This document shows, piece by piece, positions 11,960 through 26,146 of a DNA stretch of 64,000 nucleotides. The position numbers and the translations under genes are program-made. The stretch comes from Mobula hypostoma (taxonomy: Eukaryota): NCBI RefSeq assembly GCF_963921235.1, contig NC_086106.1, forward strand, positions 25,234,001-25,298,000. Direction: 5' to 3'. Position 1 is the stretch's first letter; every line of letters starts with the position of its first letter. Under the pieces are notes generated by a model. The model was not told the origin of the DNA and did no database searches. It saw nothing but the letters and a program-made list of their open reading frames with translations.

Positions 11960-13266
11960 TGTCATAGAGGGGGCACTGGGAGCGGGCGCAAATGCAAGAT
12001 ACAGACACTGAAGTATCAGGAACAAGACAGGACTAGAGTTCCGGACGTGACAAGATGCAGACTACCAGCTGGGACAAGAACAGAGACTTGGGCTAGGACA
12101 TTGGCGAATCAGCGGGACCAGGGCAAGGAACTTGTAACTAGGAGCCTTGCCATGGACTCCGAGCCAGAGACTGGACAAGGACCCAGCACCTGGGTAATGA
12201 CTCGGGCTCGGACCGCGGAACTAAGCCAGCACATGACGGGGCTACAAGAGTAAAGATTGCTTGGGTATAACGAGGCGAGAACATGACGAGGCTTGTGGTC
12301 CTCGTGGCGAGGACATGACGAGCCTTGGGTTCTTCGATGCGAGGACATGACGAGCCGTGGTTTCGGACTCCGAGCCAGAGACTGTACAAGCACCCAGAAT
12401 ATGTATCTTGACTCGGGCTCGCACTCCAGAACCAGACGTATACATGACGTGGTCTTGGGAGACATAACTAGACGAGGCTACAGGACAGAACGAGAGACGC
12501 CTGGGCAAGACGAGGGACTCTAGCACAGGACGAGGCACATGGACAGGACGGGAACACGAAGCCTTGACTTGGAGAAGAACGCAGAGCATTTGTCAAGGGA
12601 GAGATGAACGCAGAGCCTTTGTCGAACGAGACAGGAACGCAGAGCCTTGGACTTGATAGAACAGGAATGCAGAGGCATGGAACACAGAGCCGGCACCCCT
12701 CCTTCGGAACAGGACTTGGGACCGGGACTCTACACAGTCCGGATCCCTCGTAGGGAGCAGGACGTAGGGTCGGGACTCGTACACAGAACACAGAGAGACA
12801 TTTCTCAACATGACGTAGCGGCAGACGGCCGGACCTACGCAGCGAATGCACAGACACAGAGAGACAGTTCCAAACAAAAATCAGACAAGTCCTTTTCTTG
12901 CTCCGGAATCTGAACTTGACAGCAGTGCAGGTAAAGCTTGCAGGCAAAGGTTACAGACGGGGCAAGTCTCCAGGTGAGGCAAGGATCCAAGCAAGGCACC
13001 TCGAGGCAAGGCAGCAGACACAGGTTGCTGGGCAAGGCTTCAGGAGGAAGGGGCAGCGAAGAGATTCAGACAGGGGGTGTGGATAGGAAAAATCCTGCAA
13101 CATATGCTGAACCAAAGAGCTATTTATGCAGCCAGCCCAAAATGTGAATCAGCTGCCTAAATTAGAGCACACAGCAGAACAAAAAGGAAAATCATAAAAC
13201 CTGGAATAAGGAACGATGGGCCGGACCGTGAACCGCATTCCGGACTTCACGGACGGGACAATGACA
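11960..13266 (-). mobile_element. Solo LTR, paralogous insertion in unit 2 (a ~65-bp stub starts at 19185 in unit 3)
   Basis: TGTCAT..ATGACA termini with perfect TSD CATTC (11955-11959 and 13267-13271). Confidence 0.85.
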
Positions 13267-16200
13267 CATTCAGGATATAGTCTGTGCTAAATCTATCTAG
13301 AGTATTGATCATCCACTAAAATCACATTATTGGATACGCACGACTATTGTTATTAATATCTTAGTTGAGTGGGCACGTGGCCAAGCGGTTAAGACAGGGG
13401 ACTAGCAAGCTAAAGGTCGTGAGCCCCAGCCCCAGCCTAGGCACTTGTTGTGGCCTTGAACAAGGCTCTTAATCAAACACTGCTCTGCGACGATACTGGA
13501 GCCAAGCTGTATGGGTCCTAATGCCCTTCCCTTGGACAACATTGGTGTCCTGGAGAGGGGAGTCTTGCAGTATGGGTAACTGCTGGTTTTCCATACAACG
13601 TTGACCAGGGCTGCGTCCTGGAGAATGAAGACTTTCCAGGCGCAGATCCATGGACTCGTAACTGATACCTTAGAATATCATAGTTCAACGTAAAGTGCAG
13701 TTTCACATTTCATGAAAATGCTTTCGTCATGTCATATGTCGTAAAATTGCCCCCTGTATTCTGTCGTTCAACTGACAATGCTGCCGATCATCAGAAGCCA
13801 CTGTACTGGGCCTTTCGATAAATTCGACAGTACATCTTCGGCTAGCAGATTGTCCTAATGCCTGTACACGCAATTTTGGTAAATTTCATGATGTAAATAA
13901 TCAGCACATTTTATCCGGAAACAAGTGCTTTATGCTGTAAACTATTTTTTTTTTTGTGTGCTACTGGAAGATAAACACGAAGTAATATAAATGTTATCAT
14001 TCCAATCCCAGAAATAAAGATTAAAGACATAGCCTTTCCTCAATGTCCTGACGTTTGTCAGAATCTTCCATTCGACAGCGGCCTCCTCCTCCAGTCAAGT
14101 CATTATCGGGATGAGTTTAGTAATTCCCCCGTTATATACGGTCACCAAACTGCGCAGTACTGACGGCCGAGGCCTTTGTGCTCCTACCTAAAGTGTATTG
14201 CACCACGTTTGAGCATTTTATTTAGATAATATCCAGTGTGGCTATATGTATATCTCATGTGGATAGGGTGGTGAAGAAGGTGTGCTGGCCTTTATAAGTC
14301 AGAGAATTGTGTATTGGATTTGGGATGTAATGCTGATTGTACAAGGCATTGTAAAGGTCATATTTGGAGGATTGTGTATAGCTCTGGTCACCTAATTATA
14401 GGAAAGATATGAACAAAATTGAGAGAGTACAGAGAAGATTTACGAGAATGTTAGCTGCGTTTCATCTACTAAGTTACAGAGAAAGATGAACAAGCTGAGT
14501 CTTTCTTCTTTGGAGCGTGGAAGGTTAAGGAGGGACTTGATAGAGGTATATAAAATTATAAGGGGGATAGAGTTGATCTGGATAGGCTTTGCCATTGACA
14601 GTGGGGGAGAATCAAAGAAGAGGACATGAGTTCAGAGTTAACGGGCAAAAGTTTAGAAGTAACAAGAGGGGGGGACTTCTTTATTCAGAGAGTGGTAGCT
14701 GTGTGGAACGAGCTTCCAGCAGAAGTGGTTGAGGCAGGTTCGATGCTGTCATTTAAATTTAAAAAACATTTTATTTTTCCCCGTTTGTTTGTAGTTATAG
14801 CCAATAATATATGAAGGGACTTGCATTTTGATAATGTTTGTTAAAAGTTTATTTTAAAAAAATTAACCCTTCGTCACTGTCCTGACGAAGGGTACCGACC
14901 CGAAACGTCGACTTATCGTTTCCACTGATGCTGCCCGACCTGCTGACTTCCTCAGGGTGTTGTGAGTGATTACACACGATCGTAAGATTGGATTACACCA
15001 GATTGGAATAGTTATCGGGCATATGACGCATAGCATGAATTCTTCTTCGCACTGCACAGATGCTGACTGATCTTCTGGATGTTTGTTTCGCGTTCTCTTT
15101 GATTTTTTAAATAGAGGACGAGGTACGTTGTTTTTGTCATGATTTGCATTAAAGTGGACAGCACCACTATCTTTGATGGTGTTGTATTAATCGTGACCAT
15201 GCAGTGCCCTTGTACGTGATCCTATTTAATGATGTACGTACTCCCTCCATATTACAGCAACTACTCTGATGCGGTGCTCTCCGTCTGTTTTCACTATGGT
15301 CGTCAGACAAACTCCATGACAGTTACTGTGCACGTTATAGCATTCACACATTTCATACAGGCAGCTGCGGAAGTAACGAAAGAACGTAGCCGTAAAACCG
15401 CTCCATACGACCCCAGGTGCAAATGCGTTGGACTGAGTTATTGGACAATCTATTTCTGTTTCCACGACACAGCGTAGATCAGTTTCAATACCGTTCACAG
15501 ACTCTGTTCCCTGTTTAGTGCCCCATGTGTGTTTCACACTGTTTGTAACAGACCCATAATGCAGAAATGTCTGCAATAGCTGTGCGGAGGTTCATCCACT
15601 TTCTCTCAATTTGATCTCCACACAGAAATACCACGCGGGGTCAGTCAGCTGCACCGCTGCCATAGTCAGTAGCTGCTCCTTCTCAATAACCGGACTGCAT
15701 CAGGAAACCGACCATTACAGAATTACGCCGGGTGTTCAAAGACTCCAGCAGCTGGTTACCGCTGGAAAACTCCGGTTGTCTGTCCGGAATATTTTGCGGA
15801 GACAAAATAAATCAGAGGAAAATGATGCCGTGATGTCTTTCATTTTTTGTCCATGTGACTAATAACTTTGGCTGCGTTATTGATACGGCATTGTTCAGTC
15901 CGGTTATATGATTAAAATGAGAAAAAATACACTCCGTTTTCACGCAGCATGAAACACATCGAATCAGCTGAATGCATCATAAAGAATGGGACAGCACCTT
16001 TGTATGTTTCGCACACCACACCATTTCTCAGTTTACAGGAACATCTTCACCCGATTCCCCTATAACTGTTTTATTTCTTTTGATAGCATATGCACTGTAG
16101 GAGATCGGCTTTAATTGAAAAATTGATTTCAAATTTAGGTGAAAAGGTTTTTTTTTTGAATCCAGGTATGAAAATATCTGAGATACTGAGTCACAAGGCG

Positions 16201-17226
16201 AGATGGATTGCACTTTCTAAGTCCATGCTTGCGAGATCGTCACAGTTTCAAAACAACTTCAGTTTAGATATTCCTCATGGTCATACAATCCAGTATTGGT
16301 TTCCATAGAATGGATTTGCATTTTTCCACTATCCCTCTTTTAAAGGGGATTTTGTCTGCTTCTGATATCGCGATACATTATGATAATTGAAAATCGCATG
16401 TATTCTTGTCGATGATGAACGACACACACAGCAAACCAAGAACAAGTCGTCGCATGATTCTGTTCCCAAAATTAGGGACTTGTATTTTGATCTTTTCGAC
16501 CTGTGAGTCATTAATCAAACCGTTCGGAAACGTACACTGGGATGGACTAACATCATATACTGCAGAACAGTTGAAAGAAACAAGATGCCGTTCTGGTTTT
16601 ATTTGTTTATTTCCAAGTCTCTACCTCAGAAAATAGGTGCGTGATAAATTCATATAAATAAGGCGGGAAATTCGCTAATTAGTCTCATCATTCTCCGAAA
16701 GTAGATATTGCTTATATCCTGACATATATATCAACATATATATCCATCTATCATTTATACTCACAAGATTGACGTTGAACAACTTGATCGCCGGGAACTT
16801 TGAGCCCTCGCTCACGACACAGTAAAGTAAAGACCGTAATTTCATCTTTTCCTCCACCCCCACTTCGTTAACATCCCTTTAATTCTACTCGCACCATCTG
16901 CTTCGATGAGCAATCGCAATTTGATGACAGTCTTCTCCATGAGAATTGCCGCCTGCCCTACTCTCGTTTGCCGATGAGTGGCGCTTCACTATTAATGGCA
17001 GCTCTAGAAGTATTTGACTCCTATGTTCTGCACTTCTGTGGTCGCCTCTGCAAAATTTCACTTCCTGCATTTCCATTGAACGCCCATTTGGATTCGGTAT
17101 TTGGAGATTTAACACCTTGCGTTGCCTCTTGTGATTTGTCGGTTTGGCCAAGGTATGTGTATTTCTCCTGTTGCAATGACTTTCCACCTGGAGTCACGAA
17201 TGTACACAAAAACAAACAGAGTGAAT

Positions 17227-17706
17227 ATGGCAAACTGCCTCACGCAGGTCCTCATTATTGTGTTTCTACTGGTTAAAATATTCCTTCACTGTGTTATTCC
17301 AGACCTTCCTATTTCTCTGTAACCACGTGTTTTTTTTTGCTCTGTATATAAGTAACATGTTGTTCGAAGTAGAGCTTATGATGTATTGTTTATTTTACTG
17401 TTAGACTGGAGCAGCGAAGACTCAGTGGAACAGTCAGTAGTTGCAATGACGTCTGAAGAAGAAAGTAATATTACCCTAAACTGTACTTTGCAAACAAGCT
17501 ATGCAACCCCGAATGTTTTCTCGTTCAGGCAGCGCACCGGACAGCGACCACAGTATTTAATTCGGATTACCGCCGGAAAAGTATACCGAAATGAACATGT
17601 AGCCCACCTACTATCTGTTTCCTATGATAAAAGTAAAAAATATACTGAACTGTCGATTAACAACACCATAATCTCTTACTCGGCCACATACCTCTGGGCG
17701 ATGAGC
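17227..17706 (+). pseudogene. V3 pseudogene (leader 17227-17272, V exon 17405-17706)
   Basis: Donor GT changed to TT at 17273; FWYRQ is now FSFRQ (Trp41 lost); YLC is now YLW (Cys104 lost). Confidence 0.9.
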
Positions 17707-17744
17707 CACGGTGCTTAAAAATTTGAATTATTCGAACAAAAACC
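17707..17744 (+). other. RSS of V3
   Basis: CACGGTG + 22 bp + ACAAAAACC. Confidence 0.9.
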
Positions 17745-20182
17745 CTCTTTCATAGTTTCCTCGGGAGTTCGATAGAGGGCTGACAAATCAAGGCGAACAT
17801 AAATGCTGACTGAATCCCAAAGGCTCCGTCATATGTTTCGTATGATGTCATAGTTAGTTTCTCACACCAGCGATATGTCCAGTTGGCATTGGTAATGGAT
17901 CCTATTGTTCTTCGATAGTTGTAACTGTGAGAAACATCACTTTAACTTAAGTGATTCTTATGTGTTCCTTGATTTCACGGACTAATCGACTTTTAAACGC
18001 CAGCGTCAGATTGTTCCGGACATAATCAAATGCTTGGTGTAATTGAGTTCGCCGAGTTTCATTTTTTTGAAAGTTACAACTAGCTTTGATTCCGAGATAC
18101 GATCCATTGTATTTACCGACGGATTTAAATTCGTTGTCACCAGAAAAAAAAAAGATTAAAATCACAATGTATTTGTTTGAGCGCATCTGCTATTCAAAAC
18201 ATTGTACAATTGTCAATATGAATGGCGCTCACTCTGAGAAATTAGGTCACTTTACGCGCAGGTGGAGATTTGGAGACAATGACTCCTTAGGCTGCACTTT
18301 TAGAAACAGCTCTATTTCTATATTTAACATACTCACTGTTTGTCCCCCCCCCCCCCCCCCCCCCCACCTTTCAGGGTTGTTTTTTACACCCTGACCTGCG
18401 GGTATTCGCTGCTGTCGGTTTTTTGCGCGAATTGGTTCGGCTCTCGGGGTCGCACGACTGGCAATATGCCAAGAACGGTGACAAGCAGATTAGCACGTCT
18501 TCGGAGTTTCGGGATTTCATGACTGTGGAGCTGGGCGGCCTCGAGGTCGGTGCTAAAGCAGGAAGTCGCTATGTCGTGGAGACAGAAGATATCTGAGTGT
18601 GTGTCAAGAGACCCGAGATCTTTGGGCACAGAGCTCGGAAAAAGCGGCGCAACGGACGTTTAACATTGTAATTCAGTGAGTTGTTTGTTATGTCTCTCTT
18701 CTGGCTATGAACGGCAGACACCTCAGTTTCACTTATTCGGAAGAGGGAGAGCCTGTGGTATGTGGAATTACCGTGAGAATTAATAGTCTTTGGGGTACTG
18801 CAAGTCTGTGTGTTCAATGATGCTTTGTTGCACACTTGAGTGCCCGGTGGAGGGTGCCGATGGTGTTTCGATGGTGGGAGACGGGGAATTGTTGCTCTGC
18901 TGGTGCTGAACTGTGCGAAGAGAGTGTTAGGGTGGGGATTGAAAGCATTTAACTGTCATTCATTCTGTGTGGCACTCCTCTGTTTTCCTGTATGTTTTTT
19001 GAAGAAAAAAGTATTCAAGGATGTTTATTGCATATTTTCCGTTGACATTAAGCGTACCCTTGAAACTTTTGACACCTTCCACCCAGAATTCTGAGCAGCA
19101 TTGACGCCACGAGTATTACTTCAGTGAAGCATTGTGCTTGCATTTGCAACACTTACCGCAAGAGCCTCCTGCAACTCATCACTCTGTCATAGAGGGGGCG
19201 CTTTGAGCAGACCCGAATGCAAGACACATACACTGAAGTACTAGCAACACGACAGGGATAGCTTGAAATTTCCTTTTGGATCCAAAATTCTATATTTCTG
19301 TACGTCTGGAATGTTGAGTACCTAATCATAATGTGAACAGAAGGATGTAATGAGAATATAGTGGCTTGAAAGATCATTTTGAAAATTTCAGTAATGCACC
19401 ACGAAATGCCAGTTACACAATATTACTCGGCAGGAGTGTGATGCGACAGAGGTCACAAGTGTTTGAACAGTGAATCTCCCCTCACTGGAAGTGTGAGTAA
19501 CTGTTGAATTAAGAAACGCCTCGGAATATTCCTGACTAGTTTCACCGTCCAAGGATAGTTGAGTTATTGTTGCAGTGTCATCATGAGACAGAGTATCTGA
19601 TGAATTGTTTTAACGCCATAACTTATTTATTTGTTTGCCTGCTTGTTGATTAACCTTATCTCTTTATCTACAGAACTATCTATTTCTTTCTTCTGTAATG
19701 TGTGTGCTTATTTATATACGTGTAATAAAATAAAATTTATTTATTTTTCTCCCATTCGTTTATGTGTTTTTTTTTACTTATCAATTTGTGCTACAGATTC
19801 AGTAAGTTAGTTACTTTTTATTTGTTCTCTGATATTTATTTATACATTATTTATTCAATTTAAGAGGTAAGCTTTGTATATAAACCTACAAAATACTGGC
19901 CACTATTTTTTAATTCATACATGCTCCCTTTTGGACGTTTGAATTAAAAAGAAGTTCTACTTGATAAGGTCAATGTTAACAGTTTACTCAGAATTAACTT
20001 GAAGACATTTTCCAGTTGATCGATAGACGTCGCAATTTAAAGAAAGGAAAACAAAACAGCAGGGAAAAAATGTAATTTTGGAACATTTAGACGAAAATTA
20101 AATAATTAATTCAAGATCGAGGGAACCTATTCACTACTAGACTGAGTTGTATTCACTATGAGATGCGGTGTTACATTTAAAT

Positions 20183-22860
20183 ATAGAACATAGAACAGTA
20201 CAGCACAGTACAGGACCTTCGGCCCAAAATGTTGTGCTGATACTCAAACCTTGCCTCCCATGTAAACCCCCACCTTAAATTCCTGTCTAGTAGTCTCTTA
20301 AACTTCACTAGTTTATCTGCCTCGACTACTGACTCAGGCAGTGTATTCCACGCACCAACCACGCTCCGAGTAAAAAAACGTCTTCTAATATCCCCCTTGA
20401 ACTTCCCAACCTTAACCTTAAAGCCATGACTTCCTCTATTAAGCAGTGGTGCCCTGTGGAAGAGGTGCTGGCTATCCACTCTATCTATTTCTCTTATTAT
20501 CTTGTACACCTCTATCATGTCTCCTCTCATCCTCCTTCTCTCCAAAGAATAAAGCCACAGATCCCTTGATCTCTGATCATAATGCATACTCTCTGAACCA
20601 GGCAGCCTGGTAAATCTCCTCTGTATCCTTTCCAATGTTTACACATCCTTCCTATAGTTAGGAGACCAGAACTGGACGCAGTACTCCAAGTGTGGCCTAA
20701 CCAGAGGTTTATTGAGCTGCATCATTACATCGCGACTCTTAAACTCTATCCCTCGACTTATGAAAGGTAACACCACATAAGCTTTCTTAACTAACCTATC
20801 CACCTGTGAGGCAACTTTCAGGGATCTGAGGACATGTACCCCCCGATCCCTCTGCTCCTACACACTACCAAGTATCCTGCCATTTACTTTGTACTCTGCC
20901 TTGGAGTTTGTCCTTCCAAAGTGTACCACCTCCCACTTCTCAGGGTTGAATTCCATCTGCCACTTCACAGCCCACTTCTGCATCCCATCAATGTCTCTCT
21001 GCAATCTTTGACAATCAACTACATTATCCACAACACCAACAACCTTTGTGTTGTCTCTAAACTTGCCAACCCACTCTTCTACCCCCACAGGCAAGTCGTT
21101 AATAAAAATCAAGAAAAGTAGAGGACCCAGAACAGAACCTCGTGGGACACCACTAGTCACAATCCTCCAATCTGAATGTACTCCCTCCACCACGACACTT
21201 TGCTTCCTGCAGCTAAGCCAATTCTGAATCCACATGGACAAACCTCCCTGGACCCATGCTTCCTGACTTTCTGAATAAGCCTACCATATGGAACTTTGTC
21301 AAATGCCTTACTAAAATCCATATAGATCACATCGACTGCACTACCCTCATCTATAAGCTTGGTCACATCCTCAAAGAACTCTAACAGGCTTGTTAGACAC
21401 GATCTGCCCTTCACAAAGCCATGCTGACTGTCCCTGATCAGACCATGATTCTCTAAATGCCCAGACATCAGATCTCTAAGAACCTTTTCCAACAGCTTTC
21501 CCACCACAGACGTAAGGCTCACTGGTCTATAATTACACGGCCTATCCCTGCTACCTATTTTGAGCAAGTGGACAACATTCGCCTCTCTTCAATCCTCCGG
21601 TACCATACCCGTGGAAAACGAGGCCATAAAGATCCTCGCCAGAGGTTAAGCAATCGCCTCCCTCGCCTCGTGGAGCAGCCTATGGGAATATTCCGTCAGG
21701 CCCCGGGAACGTATCCGTGCTAACGTATTTTAACAACTCCAGCACCTCCTCTCCCTTGATATCATCAAGTTCTAGAACATCAACCTCACTCATATTCTCT
21801 TCACCATCATCAAGTTCCCTTTCATTGGTGAATACCGAAGAGAAGTATTCATTGAGGACCTCGCTCACTTCCATAGCCTCCAGGCACATCTTCCCACCTT
21901 TATCTCTAATCGGTCCTACCTTCACTCCTGTCATCCTTTTTTTCCCTCACATTATTGAAGAATGCTTTGGGGTTTTTCTTTACCCTACTCGCCAAGCCCT
22001 TCTCATGCCCCCTTCTTGCTCTTTTCAGCCCTTTCTTAAGCTCCTTTCTTGCTTCCCTCTATTTCTGAACAGACCCATCTGATCCTTGCTTCTGAAGGCT
22101 CGTGTATGCTGCCTTCTTCCACCTGACTAGATTTTCCACCTCACTTGTCACCATGGTTCCTTCACCCTACCATTCTTTATCTTCCTCACCGGAGAAAGTT
22201 ATACCTAACATCCTGCAAGAGATCTCTAAACATGGAGCATATGTCCAAAGTACATTACTCTGCAAAAACATCATCCCAATTCACATCCGCAAGTTCTAGC
22301 CTTATAGCCTCATAATTTTCCCTTCTCCAATTAAAAAAAATCCTGTCCTCTCTGATTCTATCCTTTTCCATTATAATGAAAAAGACCAGGGAGCGGTGGA
22401 CTCTGTCCCCCAGATGCTCACCCACTGAGAAATCTGTGACCTGACCCGGTTCATTACCTTCTAATAGATCTATTATGGCCTTTCCCTAGTCGGCCTGTCC
22501 ACATATCGTGACGGGAATCCGTCCTCGACACACTTAACAAACTTTGCCCATCTAAACCCTTGGAACTAATCAGGTGCAATCAATATTAGGGAAGTTAAAA
22601 TCACCCATGATAACAAGCCTGTTATTTTTGCACTTTTCCAAAATCTTCCTCCCAATGTGCTCCTCTGTATCTCTGCTGCTACCAGGCGGCCTATAGAATA
22701 CCCCCAATAGAGCAACTGCTCCCTTCCTGCTCCTGACTTCCACCAATACTGACTCAAGACTGGATCCTGATACATTGTCCACCCTTTCTCTAGCTGTAAT
22801 AGTATCCCTGGCCAGTAATGCCACCCCTCCTCCCTTCACCTCACCCCCCGCATCCTTTTC
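20183..22860 (-). mobile_element. Decayed CR1/HER1-like LINE (endonuclease and RT)
   Basis: GGGVALL, IMGDFN, NYRPVSLTSVVGK, SQHGFVKGRSCLT, GVPRGSVLGPLLF; TTCTATG-type tail. Confidence 0.92.
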
Positions 22861-24532
22861 AAAGCACTGAAATCCACGAATAGCGAAAATCCATTAGGGA
22901 CGCTATAATTTTCTGATAGATAATTTATTCCGGCTTGTTTTTATTGTTTTTTTTTGTTTTGTTTTGTTTTGTTATAGCCAATAATAGATGGACGAAATCG
23001 GACTTTCTTTATATTCATCCATATATTAAACATGTTTTAATGTTTTCCTGCGTTCTTGGGATGGATTGCTTCGTCAAAACAGAAAATAACACAGGCACTG
23101 GGCAACTGGTGTTTACTTCATAAATTCTTTATTTTTCATTATCCAGATCTGCCTAGCTGAGAGGATATATGAAATCCATTTAATAAATGTACGCCAAAAT
23201 CGTTTTTAGGCTTAAATAAAGGAGGGAAAACAGCAAATATTTCTACGAAAACATTCTTCAAATGCCTGCTAATATCAGATTCAGCGCGATATATTAGTTA
23301 ATCCTCTTTTTATTATACAGAGCTCTTAAACATTTTTTTAAGGTCGGATCTCCGATGCACTCTGGTCACTCACTCTGCATATTACACCCGTTCGTAATAG
23401 ATCAAAATAGTTATTAGGCGTACGACGAATAGCATGAATCCTTCTTCGCACTGCACACAGGCTGTCTGATGTTGTGCATGTTTGTTTCGCGTTCTGTTTC
23501 ATTTTTGAAATAGAGGACGCGGTATGTTGCTTTTGTCATGGATTTACATTAAAATGGACAACGCCACTATCTTTGTGCCCTTGTACGTGATCTTATTCAA
23601 TGATGTACATATTCTCTCCATATTAGAGCAACGGATGCTGTGCCCTACGACCGCTTTCACCGTGGTCGTCTGGCGAACTCCATGACAGTTACTGAGCACT
23701 TTATACCGTTCACAAATTTCGTACAGACAGCTGCCGAAGTAACAAAAGAACATAAACATAAAAACGCTTCATACGACCACAGGTGCTACTACGTTGGACT
23801 GACTTATTAGAAAATCTATTCTTATCCCCAGACAGGTAGCGGGATAAGCAGTGTTACCTTTCTTCGCAATGTGTAACCTGAAACTGAAGTAATCTGTGCA
23901 ACATCAGGTGTCACAATGAATATTAATTTATTTTAACCAGTGTTAATTACTCTCAGATATATCATTGTATCGTTACCTAATATCACCGCATTACCTTATA
24001 TTACATATTACAGTCTACGTAAAACCCAGTGGAGCAGTTCCAGTAACGGTCAGAGAATCTGTTCCCTGTTTACTGGCCCATGTGTGTTTCACACTGCTTG
24101 TAACAGACACGTAATGCAGAATTGTACGCAATGGTTGTGCGAAGATTTATCCAGTTTCTCTCAATTTCATTTCCACGCGGAATCAGTCAGCTGTACAGCT
24201 GCCATGGTCAGTTGCTGTTCTCAATAACTGGACTGCATCAGTAAGACGACCAATAGCGAATTACGCCGATAGTTCGTAGACTCCAGCAGTTGGTCTCCGC
24301 ATGGCAAACTCCGGTTGTCTGGCCGCATTATTTTGCGGAGACAAAATAAATTAAAGGAAAATGATGCAGTGATGTTCTTTCACTTTTGTCCATGTGACCA
24401 ATAAATTTTGCTGTGCTATTGATTCGGCATTGTTCAGTCCGGTTATATGATTAAAATGAGAAAAAAAAACACTCCGTTGTTTCGCAGCATTGAACACATT
24501 GAATCACCAGAATACAGAATACATCAAAAAGA

Positions 24533-24970
24533 ATGGGACAACACCTCTCGATGTTTCGCACAACATACTATTTCTCATTTTACAAGAACAGCTTGACACC
24601 ATCCCCTCTATCTGTTTTATTTCTTTTGTTAGCATATGCACAGTATCAGATCGGCTTTAATTCCAAAAAATAATTTGAAATTTAGGTTAAAAAAAATTGA
24701 ATCAAAGTATGATAATATCTGAGATACGGAATCAGAAGGTGAGATGGATTGCACTTTCTAATTCCATGCTTTCGAGATCGTCACAGTTTGAAAACATCGT
24801 CTGTTTAGGTATTCCTCCTCGTCATACAATCCAGGATTGGTGTCAGTAGAATTGATTTATATTTTTCCACTATGCCTCTCTTAATGGGTATTTTGTTTAC
24901 TTCTGATACCAAGAAACTTTATGATAATTAAAAATCCCTTGTATTCTTGCCGATGATGAACGACACACAC
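24533..24970 (+). pseudogene. Possible ancient V remnant (paralog ATGs at 8789 and 15986; partial copy 1-420)
   Basis: Leader-like MGQHLSMFRNILFLILQ, polypyrimidine acceptor then YAQ; MDCTF and W..NPG..EWI in paralogs; spacing imperfect, many stops. Confidence 0.3.
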
Positions 24971-26146
24971 AAGGCCAAGACGTCGCATGCGTCTGTTCCC
25001 AAAATTAGGGACTTCATTTTGATCTTTTCGACCTGTGAGTCAGTAATCAAATTCTGCGGAAAAAGTCCACTGGGATAGTGCAGCATCACATACTGCAGTA
25101 CAATCGCAAGAAACAAGATGTCATCCTGGTTTTATTTGTTTATTTCAGAGTCTCTATCTCAGAAAGTAAGTGCGTGATAAATTCATATAAATTAGGCGGG
25201 AAATTCGCAGATTAATCTCAGCATTCTCCGAAAGGAGATATTGCTTATATCCTGACATACATATCTACGTATGTCCATCGATCCGGTATACCCATCAGTT
25301 TGATGTTAAACAACTTGATCGTCGGGAACTTTCAGCCCTGGTTCACGAGGGAGAAAAGCTTCATCAAATGCGAGAGTTTCGTTTTCCCGCAGTTATACAA
25401 GACGGAAACTTTGGGAAAACCCAGCTGGCGTGGAAACTTCTGCGAAAAACGAAGAAGAAACAGTTCACGTTATAGTATTACTAAAGCTCTTTTGTCATCT
25501 GGTGGAATATATTTTCTTTGTTCATGGCGCTGTTACATGAAAGTCACTGCCTCCTTCACGTCTCAACAGTTTATACACAACCGATCATACCTCCATCGGT
25601 GAAATTAATTGGAAATTATTCGGAGAAAAGCTACTTGCATAGGACGCATTTGAACACGGCAAAATATCGTGCGCCCTGCTGCTTGCTCATTTCTGCTTTT
25701 AGATCAATTCTGACGACCTACGTTTGCCGGAGATCCACGACAGAGAAAAGTAAATACTGTAATTTCAACTTTATCTGCAACCCGGCTTCGTTACCATCCT
25801 CTTAATTCTGCTAGCTTCATCTGCTTCGATGAGCAATCGCAATTTGATGACAGTCTTCTCCACAAGAATTGCCGCCTGCCCTGCACTCGTTTGCCAATGA
25901 GTGGCGCTTCGCTGTTAATGGCTGCTCACAAAGTATTTGACTCCTATGTTCTGAACTTCTGTGGTCGCTGCTGCAAAATTTCATTTCCTGCATTTCGACG
26001 GGTGCCCTTTTGTATTGGGTATTTGGAGATTTAACACCTTGCGTTGTCTCTTGTGATTGGTCCTTTTGGCCAAGTTATATGTATTTCTCCTGTTCCAATG
26101 TGTTTCCACCTGGAGTCACGGAAGTACAGACACAAACAGAGTGAAT

